36,245 nucleotides of DNA, taken from Octopus bimaculoides. Lineage: Eukaryota. The position numbers and the translations under genes are program-made. Below the pieces are notes generated by a model. The model made no database searches. It worked only from the letters and a program-made list of their open reading frames with translations, and was not told where the DNA came from. Positions 1 to 13,212 of this stretch are shown here, in pieces. The DNA is taken from NCBI RefSeq assembly GCF_001194135.2, contig NC_069001.1, positions 12,228,465 to 12,264,709 of the forward strand, given 5' to 3'. The stretch's first letter is position 1, and each line of letters opens with the position of its first letter.

Positions 1-45
<45 letters not shown>

Positions 46-599
46 CATGTATATATGCATGCTGCTTGAACTATGTACGTTGTATAAGGAATTGTCTAAT
101 AAAAAGAGGAGAGCAGGAAAAATAAAATAAGAAATACTTTAAAATTTAATGGCAGGAAGAAAAAATATTTGTTAGAAAGGCAGAAAAAGGAATAAAATCT
201 AATGAAGAAAGTAGAAAAATATAAGATAGGATTTAAAAGAAATAGATGCGACGGAGAAAGAAATGGTTGTAGCAGGCAAAACTAAATTATAAAGGCAAAT
301 ACATGCAGAAATAAAATACAAGAATAAGCGCAAAGAAATAGAGTAATAGGTAAGATACACACTGTATCATTATTCATGTGTTATACAGATGTTTCTACAA
401 TGGAGTATTTTGTATGAACAGAGACAAACAACTAAGTTTGAGAGAATAAACAGCGAGAGAGGATTATAAATGGACGGAGTATATGTTAAACATGTTGAGA
501 AAGTTGAGACGTTGCACCATGATATTGTTGAATTTGGGAGGTTTCCTGGGTTTAAAAATAATGGATTGTTAAATGTAATTGGGAGGGAAATAGGCTAGG

Positions 600-873
600 C
601 TGGCCACTCCGTCAGTTACGACGACGAATGCTCCAGATGATTCGGCCAACAAAACAACCTGTTCATGAAATTTATGAGCATATGGTTGAGCCCTCCACAG
701 ACATGCGAGCATTCAACGTAGTTCCCAGGGAGATTTAGCGTGACACACAGAATGTAGCAAAGCTAGCTGAACTACATGTACAAATTCTTTTTTGCTAGCT
801 AAGTGCACTGGAGCAATGTCAAAGGGTCATGCGAAAGGCCACAAAGCTCACTGGTAATTGAAATCACGGCCAC
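600..873 (-). mobile_element. tRNA-headed SINE (family C), diverged, 5' head truncated at (AT)n
   Basis: Shares its head-proximal block with 20655-20795 (gctaagtgcactggagcaa vs gctgagtggactggagtaa; ggtaattgaaatcacg vs ggaaatcgaaaccacg, a reverse-strand B-box-like motif). The body matches an abundant octopus SINE as I recall it. Confidence 0.65.
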
Positions 874-1693
874 CATATATATATATATATATATATANNN
901 NNNNNNNNNNNNNNNNNNNNNNNNNNNNNNNNNNNNNNNNNNNNNNNNNNNNNNNNNNNNNNNNNNNNNNNNNNNNNNNNNNNNNNNNNNNNNNNNNNNN
1001 NNNNNNNNNNNNNNNNNNNNNNNNNNNNNNNNNNNNNNNNNNNNNNNNNNNNNNNNNNNNNNNNNNNNNNNNNNNNNNNNNNNNNNNNNNNNNNNNNNNN
1101 NNNNNNNNNNNNNNNNNNNNNNNNNNNNNNNNNNNNNNNNNNNNNNNNNNNNNNNNNNNNNNNNNNNNNNNNNNNNNNNNNNNNNNNNNNNNNNNNNNNN
1201 NNNNNNNNNNNNNNNNNNNNNNNNNNNNNNNNNNNNNNNNNNNNNNNNNNNNNNNNNNNNNNNNNNNNNNNNNNNNNNNNNNNNNNNNNNNNNNNNNNNN
1301 NNNNNNNNNNNNNNNNNNNNNNNNNNNNNNNNNNNNNNNNNNNNNNNNNNNNNNNNNNNNNNNNNNNNNNNNNNNNNNNNNNNNNNNNNNNNNNNNNNNN
1401 NNNNNNNNNNNNNNNNNNNNNNNNNNNNNNNNNNNNNNNNNNNNNNNNNNNNNNNNNNNNNNNNNNNNNNNNNNNNNNNNNNNNNNNNNNNNNNNNNNNN
1501 NNNNNNNNNNNNNNNNNNNNNNNNNNNNNNNNNNNNNNNNNNNNNNNNNNNNNNNNTATATATATATATATATATATGCATGCATACATATATTTGATGG
1601 ATTAGTGAAAGTTTCCTGGTTTTGAGTACAGGAAAATTTATCAGTTAATTATGATTTTATTCTGTATACGCACTTCTCAGATTCACACACATA

Positions 1694-1765
1694 TTGTAGC
1701 GGTCCTTCATTTTCCCTGAGCTTTGTAAAAGAACTCGGATAGTCGGACCTCCAGACAGGTGTTTA
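1694..1765. repeat. Unclassified diverged interspersed repeat, related copy at about 12243-12310
   Basis: ttgtagcggtccttcattttccctgagctttgtaaaagaactcgga aligns by eye without large gaps to ttgtaatagtcgttcagtttttctaagccctgtaaaaaggactcgga. Confidence 0.4.
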
Positions 1766-2314
1766 GCGATGCTAAGTTCTTTTGCGTTTCGAACATACGA
1801 TGTGCGAAAGAATAAACTAAGCGAGAACAATGTTGATCTGTCGTATGCGTGTGTTTGACAGCAAACACGGGTGTGGTTATGAAGCTAATACTTACGCGTG
1901 CATGCTTATATGGGCAGGTTGTGTGTGTGGTTGTATGGGTGTAAACAACAATGTGTGTGATCGTCTGTGTGACCAGATATGTGTGTATTAAACTAACGTG
2001 TGTTATGCGACAGAACAGACGTTACATAATCACTGTCAGTGGCTTGCAGCTGCTTCTCCTGTGAGATACCATTGCTCTCAGCGCTAAGCGCTTGTTCGAG
2101 TTCCAATGGCAGAAATGCTTGCCACAATTACGTATATAACCTCTATTTACTTGTCATTCGTTAACTGATATTATGCTCTGTACTCAGCTGGCGCTCTACA
2201 TTTAAGCACACATCCGCCTTCTAGGATCTAGTTACTAATATCCTATGGCTAAGAGTTATAATGATATGTGTTTGCGTGTGTGTGTGTGAGAGAAAGAGAA
2301 AGAGAGACAAAGAA

Positions 2315-2319
<5 letters not shown>

Positions 2320-2345
<26 letters not shown>

Positions 2346-2608
2346 TTGTATACATATATTCACATACACACATACACACGCATATATACATATATATACA
2401 TACATAGTTATATATATGTACGTATTATATATATATATATATATAGATAGATATATTGACATACACACATGTTTACATTTGTATCTGTGTATATGTATAG
2501 ATCTATGTATATACATTTACATAAATACGCACATACTCGTTTATATCATTTATATTTATATACACATGAGCAACATTAAACTATACGTAAAGCTATTCAT
2601 ACATAAAT

Positions 2609-2645
<37 letters not shown>

Positions 2646-2646
2646 C

Positions 2647-2712
<66 letters not shown>

Positions 2713-2730
2713 ATGTATGAATATATATGA
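2320..2730. repeat. Compound (TA)n/(CA)n microsatellite block
   Basis: Directly visible dinucleotide runs; explains the YI/HT-repeat ORFs. Confidence 0.95.
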
Positions 2731-4067
2731 TTCTAGTTGGGTGTAGCTGATACGAATAACCACTTGTTAAACCTAAATATACTTATGGTTTAGAGTAAAG
2801 CGTGATGTGAACATAGAACGTTAAATCAATTAACGTAAGTGATTACGTTTCATTAGGTAATGAAATAACTTACAGCAATCTCCTTATTACACTTATTAAC
2901 AGTCTCCTGGCTTACAGTTGTTTCTGCTCTCAAAGCATTGCACGATGTCGCTCGAGGGTCTATCTCTGACTGACTGCTATGCTTCTTACAACAGAAGCCC
3001 TAGGTATGATAATGAAATTGATTCACATCTACAGGTCTTTTGTCATTAATCAATTCAGATTTTGTGTGCATGTATGTACGTATGCAAAAGCATAGGTATG
3101 CATGTTCCCCTGTGTTGAGAAAAATACTCGATTCAAAGGTAAAATTTTCCAGAATTGCAAAGAGCACTCATAAGTAAAATATATCTATAATGCAAATAGG
3201 TTACTTTTACGTATGGATTCGATGATTTAGAAAGAAAATCCGATTTTGCCCACGTATTTCACAACTGTTCTGCAAAAAAGGCATCTTGAACCTATGAAAT
3301 ATTATTAAATATTTCCGGAATATTTTGTGAATTCGAACGCAAATAAATGCTTATACATATATAGGTATGTATATATTTATATCTACATGCACACATGAAT
3401 ATATACACATATAGAAAAGCATATATATATATGATAGATATACATATGTTCGTATGTATTTATGTATTTATATATATATATATATATATACATACATACA
3501 CACATGTATGTATTTATATCTGTGTCAGTATACATGTATGTATGTATGTATGTATAAAAAAGGTTTACACGTTTCCATAAACACACATCCATACCCATTC
3601 TACAGATCATTATACGTCTCGCTTTTCGACGTATTTTCCGCATGTGTGTGGCAGCTATTGTATAACGTTTTCATTCTTAGTTAATATGTAATTCCCAATA
3701 ACAATATTGTTCACTTAACTAATTACTCTAAATTCAATTTGATTATTTTTTTCTTTAAATTTTACATAACCTATTCCCGAGACTTCCAGCAGCATTGAAT
3801 AAACTCAATAGTTCTTATTACCAGACAGAATCGTAAAATATTTATTGGCGTTATTAATGTAACTTATACTTCAACTTGTAAATTTTAATAATATATAATA
3901 ACCACAAACGAGATTCCTATGGAGAGTTGAAAAACGTAAACATAGAGAGATTGTTTCTTTCTATTGACATATTCGTGCCTGACTATGTGTGTTTATTTGT
4001 GTGTGCATGTGAGCTTGTGTGTGCGTGTGAGCTTGTATGCCTATGTATGTGTCTGTGTATACATGTC

Positions 4068-4107
<40 letters not shown>

Positions 4108-4668
4108 CACAAATATTTTTTATACTATCAACATACGCGATTGTTTATTCAGAAAGTTAAACATTTTCTTCACATGCATTCTATGTGCCACTGTAACATT
4201 TCCGCCAACGTGATTGTATACAAGTCAGTGTATTTACTACAAACCCTGAACTAGGGTAAGCCGTGTTTTTAATTTAACCTTACAAAAGCTTTTATCCAAT
4301 AAACTCTAGCATCCCCATTTCTCTCTCTTTCCCCTTCTCAACATACCCTTTCATAAAACCTTTCACAGTTTCCTTAATCTGTGTCTTCGATTTTAAGACT
4401 ATCTGGTTTATCAGTTAGGATAAAATAAAGCTCATTCCATCTAAATTTTTAATAATGTGTAAAATCCCTCATGCACACACAATTCTCATCCCTATGTAAA
4501 AACACTTGTCGGCAAAGATACTCTCACTGGTTCAACAAACCGATAGGCAAAACATAAAGTCAGGTGAAATTTAATTCTACTATCATTCTAGAATGATACC
4601 AGCTATTCTAAAAGGGTTTCGAAATAAAAAAACAACAACATTTTTTTAGCATTATTACACAGACATTA

Positions 4669-5103
4669 AGGTGGTGAGCTGGCAGAAACGTTAGCTCGAC
4701 GGGCGAAATGCTTAGCGGTATTTCGTCTGCCTTTACGTTCCGAGTTCAAATTCCGCCGAGGTCGACTTTGCCTTCCATCATTTCGAGGTCGATGAATTAA
4801 ATACCAGTTACGTACTGGGGTCGATGTAATCGACTTAATCCCTTTGTCTGTCCTTGTTTCTTCCCTCTATGTTTAGCCCCTTGTGGGTAATAAGGAAATA
4901 AGAAACGTTAGCATGCCGGGCGAAATGCTTAGTGGTATTTCGTCTGCCGCTACGTTCTGAGTTCAAACTCTGCCAAGATCGACTTTACCTTTCATTCTTT
5001 CGGGATTCATAGATTAAGTACCAGTTGCATACTGGGGTCGATTTAAACGACTGGCCCACTCCCCCAAATTTTGGGCTTTGTTCCTAGAGTAGAAAAGATT
5101 ATT
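4669..5103 (+). mobile_element. tRNA-headed SINE family A, dimeric form (full left monomer plus 5'-truncated right monomer)
   Basis: A-box-like gagctggcaga, B-box gagttcaaattcc, central gcctttcatcctttcggggtcgataaattaagtaccag-type domain in both monomers, 3' end agtagaaaagattatt. Confidence 0.9.
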
Positions 5104-5114
5104 ACAGACACACA

Positions 5115-5333
5115 ACGCAGTGAGCTGGCAGAGACGTTAGCATGCCGGGAGAAATGCTAAGCAGTATTTCGTCTGTCTTTACGTTCTGAGTTCAAATTCC
5201 ACCGAGGTCGACTTTGCCTTTCATCCATTCGGGGTCGATAAATTAAGTACCAGTTACGTTCTGGGGTCGACCTAATTGACTGGCCCTCTCCCCCAAAATA
5301 TAGGGCCTTGTACCTAGAGTAGAAAAGATTATT
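5115..5333 (+). mobile_element. tRNA-headed SINE family A, monomer
   Basis: Same head, B-box (gagttcaaattcc) and 3' end (cctagagtagaaaagattatt) as the neighbouring copy. Confidence 0.9.
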
Positions 5334-6359
5334 ACACAGACAACCATATACTTAAATAGATAGCCAAACACACACACAAATACACACACAGACACACATG
5401 AATATTTATCCAAAAATGGTTCTTACAGATGCAGCAATCAGTATAAATATAACGTTCAACGTAAGCCAGGTTCTGGACTGATAGATAGGTTTGTTTTCTC
5501 CCACAAAACCACTTTCAACATCAGCACATATCCAAAGATGTATACGTTAAAACAATTTTCTAGACTACAGACATGATCAATAAGAGATCCCTTTTTCTCT
5601 TCTCTCATTTTTAGCCATGTTCTATAAATTAAACTTAATTATGAATACATTCACCAATATGTTTTCAGTTAAACTATAAAACGAAATAATTTATTCTATA
5701 AAAAAAAAAAAAACCTATTTTATAAATTTTTTTCGTGCATATGAATACATAGCATGAAATTATTTGCTACATCTGTAAAAAGTTAAATGTTTTAATTAAG
5801 CAAAACAATATATATGTATACAAAAATTTAATGCTTGGTTTGTTAAAAACAATATATTTGCTTTAGTAGAGGAATTGTGCTGCATAACAAAGCTGCCTCA
5901 ACTTATGGAATTTCAAGTATGATAGATTCAGAATGACAGAAATGTCATTCCATGACCTTTGCCAACGGCACCGCTATACACACATACATCTCATATAAAT
6001 ATTGTCAGACACATCGATATAAATACATTCACATACACACGTTCACATGCATACACACACACACACACACACAAACACACATACGTGCGTACACACACAC
6101 ATACATACACAGAGACACAACACTTCCTACACAAAATTACTTGTATCAAATGGCAATTTCATAAATAGTAGAAGTTCATTACGTTGTTTAAGGGATCAAA
6201 TCAGTCTATTTGCATACATATGCACGCATATTCATACGAATATACATACGATCGATATCTACGCACATACAAGATTCATTTCTCTATCAGGCTACCCCGC
6301 TATCAAACATAAATATTAGGGTACACTGAAATTAAGATTTGTTTTAGTAGACATAAAAA

Positions 6360-6476
6360 GACAGACAGAAAATCTTGGTTTCACAACTTCAAGTCTGGAC
6401 AGGACAAACCACAGAGAATCTCTTACACGTGACAGAGAACGGAGACCAGTGGCGACGGGTGATTATTACAGCCTAT
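6360..6476 (+). mobile_element. Probable C-terminal fragment of an RTE-clade LINE ORF
   Basis: Frame from 6360 reads DRQKILVSQLQVWTGQTTENLLHVTENGDQWRRVIITAY, resembling the RTE C-terminal pattern (GRQR..LD.L..W.G......L....DR..WR). Confidence 0.5.
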
Positions 6477-7368
6477 TCCTTGTTTTAGTAGGTGATTTTA
6501 ATGGCCAAATAAGGAGGGATGATGCTCTGTTCACTTATATCAAGGCGACTAACCGGAACGGGATAAAACTGATTGATTTTGGTCACGAGTTCCAACTTCA
6601 GTTTTCAAACACAAGGTTCAAGAAACAGCCAAAGCATTCATTTGTGAATATTCCAGCACCCATCTGGATCTTATTCACAAATTGACTACAACTTGAGAGT
6701 AACAAGTGGAAAAACAGTGTCCGAAATGCAGAGGCATACTCCCGCTTCGCATTTATTGGCTCAGATCATAGAGTTGTCTCCACATGCACTGTCCTCAGCC
6801 TTAGATAATCATAATCCCAAACCCCATGGAACAGGTGGACTGGTCCAGATATCAACACAAAAAGACCTAGCGCAGTCATGTGCAGTAGATGTTGAAAACC
6901 GATTTGAAATGCTTTCAATGCTCACTGACGGCATTGAAACACAATATAATAACCTCGTAATAGCCACAGAAGAAATTGCTTATCCAAAAATATCAACGAG
7001 AAAGTGAAAGAATAGAGCACAGATCAATTCATGCAGATGTCCGTGTGAGAGAAGCAAAGAAGCATGTAGAAAGATCGAAACTAAGACACGAACAGAGGCC
7101 TACTAAAAATAACTTCAAAGATGCTTCCAAAGCTCAAGGTACGCTACATGAGTCATATGCCAATGTAGAAACAGATTACATTCTAGCTGAGATTAACAAG
7201 AGTGCAAACTTGCATTCTGCAAAGCAACATGCTGTAGTATGGAGATTAATAAACAAACTAACTGGAAGAAAATTTAAGCCCTCCATCAGGCTTAAAGGTG
7301 GTTCCTCTGAGAAGCGCAAGGCCAAATGCTTTGACCGCTTTCAGAAACTTCTTGGAAAACCGCCATAA
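6477..7368 (+). mobile_element. RTE-clade LINE fragment: AP-endonuclease C-terminal half plus linker, frameshifted, truncated before RT
   Basis: LVGDFNGQI and TNRNG.KL.DF...NTRFKK; after frameshifts HPSGSYSQIDY (6678-6689) and IGSDHRVV (6761-6769), which are APE catalytic motifs; linker VENRFEML and W.LINKLTG...LLGKPP. Confidence 0.85.
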
Positions 7369-7959
7369 ACTAGCGGTTTATGTCTTAGCTTACTCTTGTA
7401 CTGCAAGAGCTAGGGATACGAGTACCCACAGCTATTTTCTACGTTGTGAAAACTTCTCAGATATCTACCTTCAGTTATGGTAAATGTTTCCCAGAAACAA
7501 CTTGCTATTCCGCACTCCAAGCTCCCAGAGGGACCTGCATCGCGGTAAAATACTCCAAGACACCAGCAATATCGAACTCCATTCTTCACAAAAAGCTAAT
7601 CACAAACGAATGACCATTGAAAAGCCTTTGAGCTGAACACCATAAAAATAATAAATGACGTTATTCAAACGTGATCTATATCAATGTATATATTTAAAAG
7701 TCCCTTGCGTTTCGTTTTATTTAATAAAGCATTTCAAAATATTTAATGTATTAGCAATTGAATAGAATCAGTTAAAACATCTGGGGTGGTGATAGTGATA
7801 ATATATCGCCTGTACTGTGAATGTCAACACCTGTCAATCTGTGTGACCTTTCTTTATTTTTCTGTCACTTCTCCAAACATACAAGCACACAGACACACAC
7901 ACACATGCACATACATCACTGCGCGTGCGCGTATATGCAGGTATTCATACATACATACA

Positions 7960-8093
7960 TTAGATATGAATGTATGCATTTATATATATATATATATATG
8001 TATGTATATATATGCATTTATATATATTTATATATATATATATATGTATATATATGTATGTATATATATATGCATTTATAGATATTTATATAT

Positions 8094-8133
<40 letters not shown>

Positions 8134-8895
8134 GCATTTATATATATTTATATATATATTTATATATATATATATATATATGTATTTATATATATGTATT
8201 TATATATATATATGTATATGTATTTACATATATATGTATATGTATTTACATATATATATATGTATTTACATATATATTTATATATATATATGTATATGTA
8301 TTTACATATATATATATATGTATTTACATATATATATATATGTATTTACATATATATATATAAGTATTTACATATATATATATAAGTATTTACATATATA
8401 TATATAAGTATTTACATATATATATATATGTATTTACATATATATATATATATGTATTTACATATATATATATATGTATTTACATATATATATATGTATT
8501 TACATATATCTATATATGTATTTACATATATCTATATATGTATTTACATATATATATGTATTTACATATATATATATATGTATTTACATATATATATATA
8601 TGTATTTACATATATATATATATGTATGTATTTACATATATATATATGTATTTACATATATATAGATAGATATATGTATATACATGTATATAGATATATA
8701 TACGTGTATATATATATATATAGATAGATAGATACATATATATATATAGATAGATAGATATATGTATGTGCATATATATACATATATAGATAGATAGATA
8801 CATATATATATATAGATAGATAGATATATGTATGTGCATATATATACATATATATATATATATATAGATAGATAGATATATGTATGTGTATATAT
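7960..8895. repeat. Long compound micro/minisatellite (TA)n with recurring GTATTTACA and GCATTTATA units
   Basis: Dozens of tatatatatgtatttaca-type units are visible; runs into gap 8896-9505. Confidence 0.95.
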
Positions 8896-9505
8896 NNNNN
8901 NNNNNNNNNNNNNNNNNNNNNNNNNNNNNNNNNNNNNNNNNNNNNNNNNNNNNNNNNNNNNNNNNNNNNNNNNNNNNNNNNNNNNNNNNNNNNNNNNNNN
9001 NNNNNNNNNNNNNNNNNNNNNNNNNNNNNNNNNNNNNNNNNNNNNNNNNNNNNNNNNNNNNNNNNNNNNNNNNNNNNNNNNNNNNNNNNNNNNNNNNNNN
9101 NNNNNNNNNNNNNNNNNNNNNNNNNNNNNNNNNNNNNNNNNNNNNNNNNNNNNNNNNNNNNNNNNNNNNNNNNNNNNNNNNNNNNNNNNNNNNNNNNNNN
9201 NNNNNNNNNNNNNNNNNNNNNNNNNNNNNNNNNNNNNNNNNNNNNNNNNNNNNNNNNNNNNNNNNNNNNNNNNNNNNNNNNNNNNNNNNNNNNNNNNNNN
9301 NNNNNNNNNNNNNNNNNNNNNNNNNNNNNNNNNNNNNNNNNNNNNNNNNNNNNNNNNNNNNNNNNNNNNNNNNNNNNNNNNNNNNNNNNNNNNNNNNNNN
9401 NNNNNNNNNNNNNNNNNNNNNNNNNNNNNNNNNNNNNNNNNNNNNNNNNNNNNNNNNNNNNNNNNNNNNNNNNNNNNNNNNNNNNNNNNNNNNNNNNNNN
9501 NNNNN

Positions 9506-9580
<75 letters not shown>

Positions 9581-9834
9581 AGGCTCGCAGAAACATACAA
9601 ATATATACGTAGGTTTAACAATACATAGCATCTGTATGTACACGCACCCACACACACCCAGACTAGCAAAAAGACACACACGTACAGACGCTCGGTCACA
9701 CGCACGTATATATGTATATATTTATCCAGTCATAAAGGTATATATTTTTAATCACATATTTACACACAATGCACATACAAATATACACAAGTACATATCT
9801 GAGTGTGAATACACACGCACGCACATAATATATA

Positions 9835-10137
9835 TACATACATAAACTTACATATATATACACACACACAATCACATATATATACATACATAAACCTACA
9901 TATATATATACACACACACACATATATACATACATAAATCTACATATATATATATACACACACACATATATATACATACATAAATCTACATATATACACA
10001 CACACATATATATATACATAAATCTACATATATATATACACACATATAAATACATACATAAACCTACATATATATACACACACACACACATATATACATA
10101 CATAAACCTACATATATATACATATATATATATATAT
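9835..10137. repeat. Minisatellite of about 35-45 nt units (catacataaa[c/t]ctacatatatatacacacac)
   Basis: Repeated taaacctaca/taaatctaca anchors separated by variable TA/CA runs. Confidence 0.9.
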
Positions 10138-10237
10138 NNNNNNNNNNNNNNNNNNNNNNNNNNNNNNNNNNNNNNNNNNNNNNNNNNNNNNNNNNNNNNN
10201 NNNNNNNNNNNNNNNNNNNNNNNNNNNNNNNNNNNNN

Positions 10238-10470
10238 CCTTGTTTGTCCCCTCTATGTTTAGCCCCTTGTGGGCTATAAATAAATAAGAAACGTTAATAC
10301 GCCGGGCGAAATGCTTAGCGGTATTTCGTGTCTTTATGCTCCGAGTTCAAATTCCGCCGAGGTCAACTATGCCTTTCATCATATCGGGGGTCGATAATTT
10401 AAGTACCAGTTGCATACTAGCCCCCTCTCTAAGAATTTCGGTGTTTGTGCCTAGAGTAGAAAAGATTATT
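10238..10470 (+). mobile_element. SINE family A dimer (left monomer mostly in gap)
   Basis: Same monomer junction as 4850-4910 (ctctatgtttagccccttgtggg...aataagaaacgtta), B-box gagttcaaattcc, end agtagaaaagattatt. Confidence 0.88.
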
Positions 10471-12902
10471 TAAGGCAGAAAATTATTTAGAGCAACATCA
10501 GTTTATAATCGTATATTTTAGCGATAAATTGTTAAACACAAATTTAAATATCACTAAAATATTTGTGGAAGTCTGTTGATATACGTTCGGTCATTCATAG
10601 GAGAGTTTATCATAGTACTTAACAAATGTAATGACGTTTATTTCCGTATGCATAGTTTACCCGATTTATGCTTCATTTTCTAATATTCTATAACTTCATT
10701 TAGGATGAATTAACTAAAAAGACGTCGACACTTTCTATTAGTGTATAGAGAAACAGCATGGAATGCAATCCCAGTTGCTTCAATGTATATATGGCGCGGA
10801 GATGTGTTGCATTTTTGAATGTTCAGATGTGGCAGCTTTGTTATTATATTTGATTATGTGAGGAATTATAAGAACAAATATTAGTATTAAATGTATTTCT
10901 TGTAATAATTCCTCAGTTACAACATTCTCTGCAATGGCGTTTCGACATTTCTTTCACCTTCGTAGCCTTCAATCTGTAATTTCAAGCTAAGGTCGGCTAT
11001 TTAACCGAACTCTATCTTTATATGACAGCTAATGACGTCATCGCCTTTTATATCAGTTTGGTTGTTTTGACACTTATACTGCCCGGTTCTGTCTCGATTC
11101 TTAACCTACCACTACGGCCCATACAACTCCCACTGCATTAAATAATTCTCATTTTAATTCTCAAGCTACCGCTCACTTAGAGTTTATCACTCCGACCCAT
11201 GTAATAAACATCTTATAATAAACATCTCGCCTTTTAAATCACTGTCGTTTTAATTCTCCCACTATCACTCTCCAATTTTCTCTCTGTAGTTCAATGCCCT
11301 GACCAGCGTAATAAGCATCTAACCTTCCAAAGCGTTGTCATTTTATGTCTCCTACTGTCACACATTCACTACTAACCGTTTAATAACTTTCTTCCTTCTT
11401 ATTGTCTCGTAAGTGAAACAGAACTAACAAACGTAAAACGGACTGAAATCTTGTTCGTTTCTATGGTCGGATTAGTATTATTACCAAATAATAATAATAA
11501 GATTAAATCATGAATGTGATCTTGTCTACGTAAAAACCAATCAGTTTCGAGAACTTTTAATGCTATAATCACAACATTGCAGACATTCTATGGCAGAATC
11601 GCTATTTAGCATATCGGCCGAGTAGTTATATCGTCTGAAATATTTACTAACTTACAACTTACTTACATACATACTAAAATCTTCGTTTTCTTTGGAGTAT
11701 AGGCCATAGAAAACTTCCTTTTGTGCGTCTGTCTATTTGTATTCTTGCCCATTCGTCTTTACCTATGTATCCCGCCTCCCTAAAGAAAGCCCTTCATCCC
11801 CCGAGTCATGTCTGTTTCAATTTCCTGGATACTCTTGCAACGTTGCTTTTATCTAAGCAGGTTTGTATGGAAGAGGTCTCTGAAGACTCTAACCTCCACG
11901 CCCTTCACAGGAATAGAGGTTGGAGAGTTGTATAGAGGGGATAAAATATATTCATACTTAAAAAAACACATGAACAAATCTTATCGAACTAGAAGAGAGT
12001 TAAAAGAAAAAAATCATCAAACGCTCCGATTAAACAGGATTTTCGTTTTCATTCAAATTAAACTTGAAAAGAGTAAACTAAATCGAAGAAAAAAAAAAAA
12101 AAAAAAGAAATCGAACGAAACAATCTGGCAACAAATACGAGGGTTTGCAGAGACGTTCCTGGCTTTGAGTAAAAGAGAATACAGAAGGATCAGTTAATTA
12201 TTATTTTATTCAACATATTCCCCACTCAAATTTACGCTTTTATTGTAATAGTCGTTCAGTTTTTCTAAGCCCTGTAAAAAGGACTCGGAATGCTGGGGCT
12301 CCAACCAGACCTTTCGTAATACCCTTAAAGCCAGGAACTTTCTAGGTAATTCTAGCTAATTCGTAGATAATTCTCACCACTATAACGATAAAATGCAGCC
12401 GTGTACATGTAAACCTTAAGAAGATAAAGTTGATTTGCGGTAAAATACTAACCCTGCTACGGCTGATTCTTTTCAAACGTTTCGTTCTGTATAAAAATAA
12501 AATAGAATATTCTATCAATTTCTTTATCTCTGTTTCAGACCCGATTATTGCTATGGCTGTAATTACTACTTTGTATGGAGGGGAAAACGCGTGGTATGCT
12601 GAAGAGCTGCGACGCCCTTAAAATAAATTGCAAAAAATAAATATTTGAGAAAATGAATTAATAATCTGTTGAATCATTATTCATTTTTTTTTTTCACCCT
12701 TTCTTGCTCTATTTTTCTTTTCTTCTCTTTTTACTGTGTTTCGAATTGTTTTATTACGAATTTGTTCAAACAAGCACATGCAGAAATACACATAGAAATT
12801 ATGTTGCGCTAGAAGGTGACAGAGAAGTTGCAATTCACATCTGTGAAGATCTCACGCATCAGAAAATTTTGTCACCCTCAGACTCGGTGTGTGACACACT
12901 AA

Positions 12903-13212
12903 TTGTGCAACGTATCGCCTAGCAAATGCTCCAGATTAGAAGTGCATACAAAGAATGCAAACGGTCTCAATAGAGAACTCAATGGCAGTGAAAAATCTCG
13001 CCTGGAAACAGCACTGCTAGTGATTGAGAAATATCTGGAATGCTCTCATGAAAAAGAACGAGCGGACAATAAATCCTGGGTTATAGAACATATAAAAGCA
13101 AACCCTAAAGCTTACTTTAAGTATGCTAAGGAAACTTCGTGCATGCGTTGCAAAGTAGGGCCACTCCTCCCAAAAAGATGGTTGCCTCAAAGGAAACCCA
13201 ATGAGGATAAAT
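12903..13212 (+). mobile_element. CR1/L2-group LINE fragment, EN-RT linker
   Basis: IEKYLECSHEKER...IKANPKAYFKYAK...KVGPLL, then frameshifted KDGCLKGNP; matches the IK.NPK.F..Y.K...GPL linker motif of CR1-like ORF2. Confidence 0.65.

Noticed and set aside
10935-10975. Possible further hammerhead core on the minus strand (ctacgaag...cgaaacg)
   Set aside because: CUGANGA box incomplete, no stem II pairing, no NUH site.
11540-11634. Minus-strand exon candidate RYNYSADMLNSDSAIECLQCCDYSIKSSRN*
   Set aside because: Acceptor lacks a pyrimidine tract; no partner exon or homology recognised.
11808-12197. 129-aa ORF
   Set aside because: No recognisable domain; ends in a poly-A-derived Lys run; non-ATG start.
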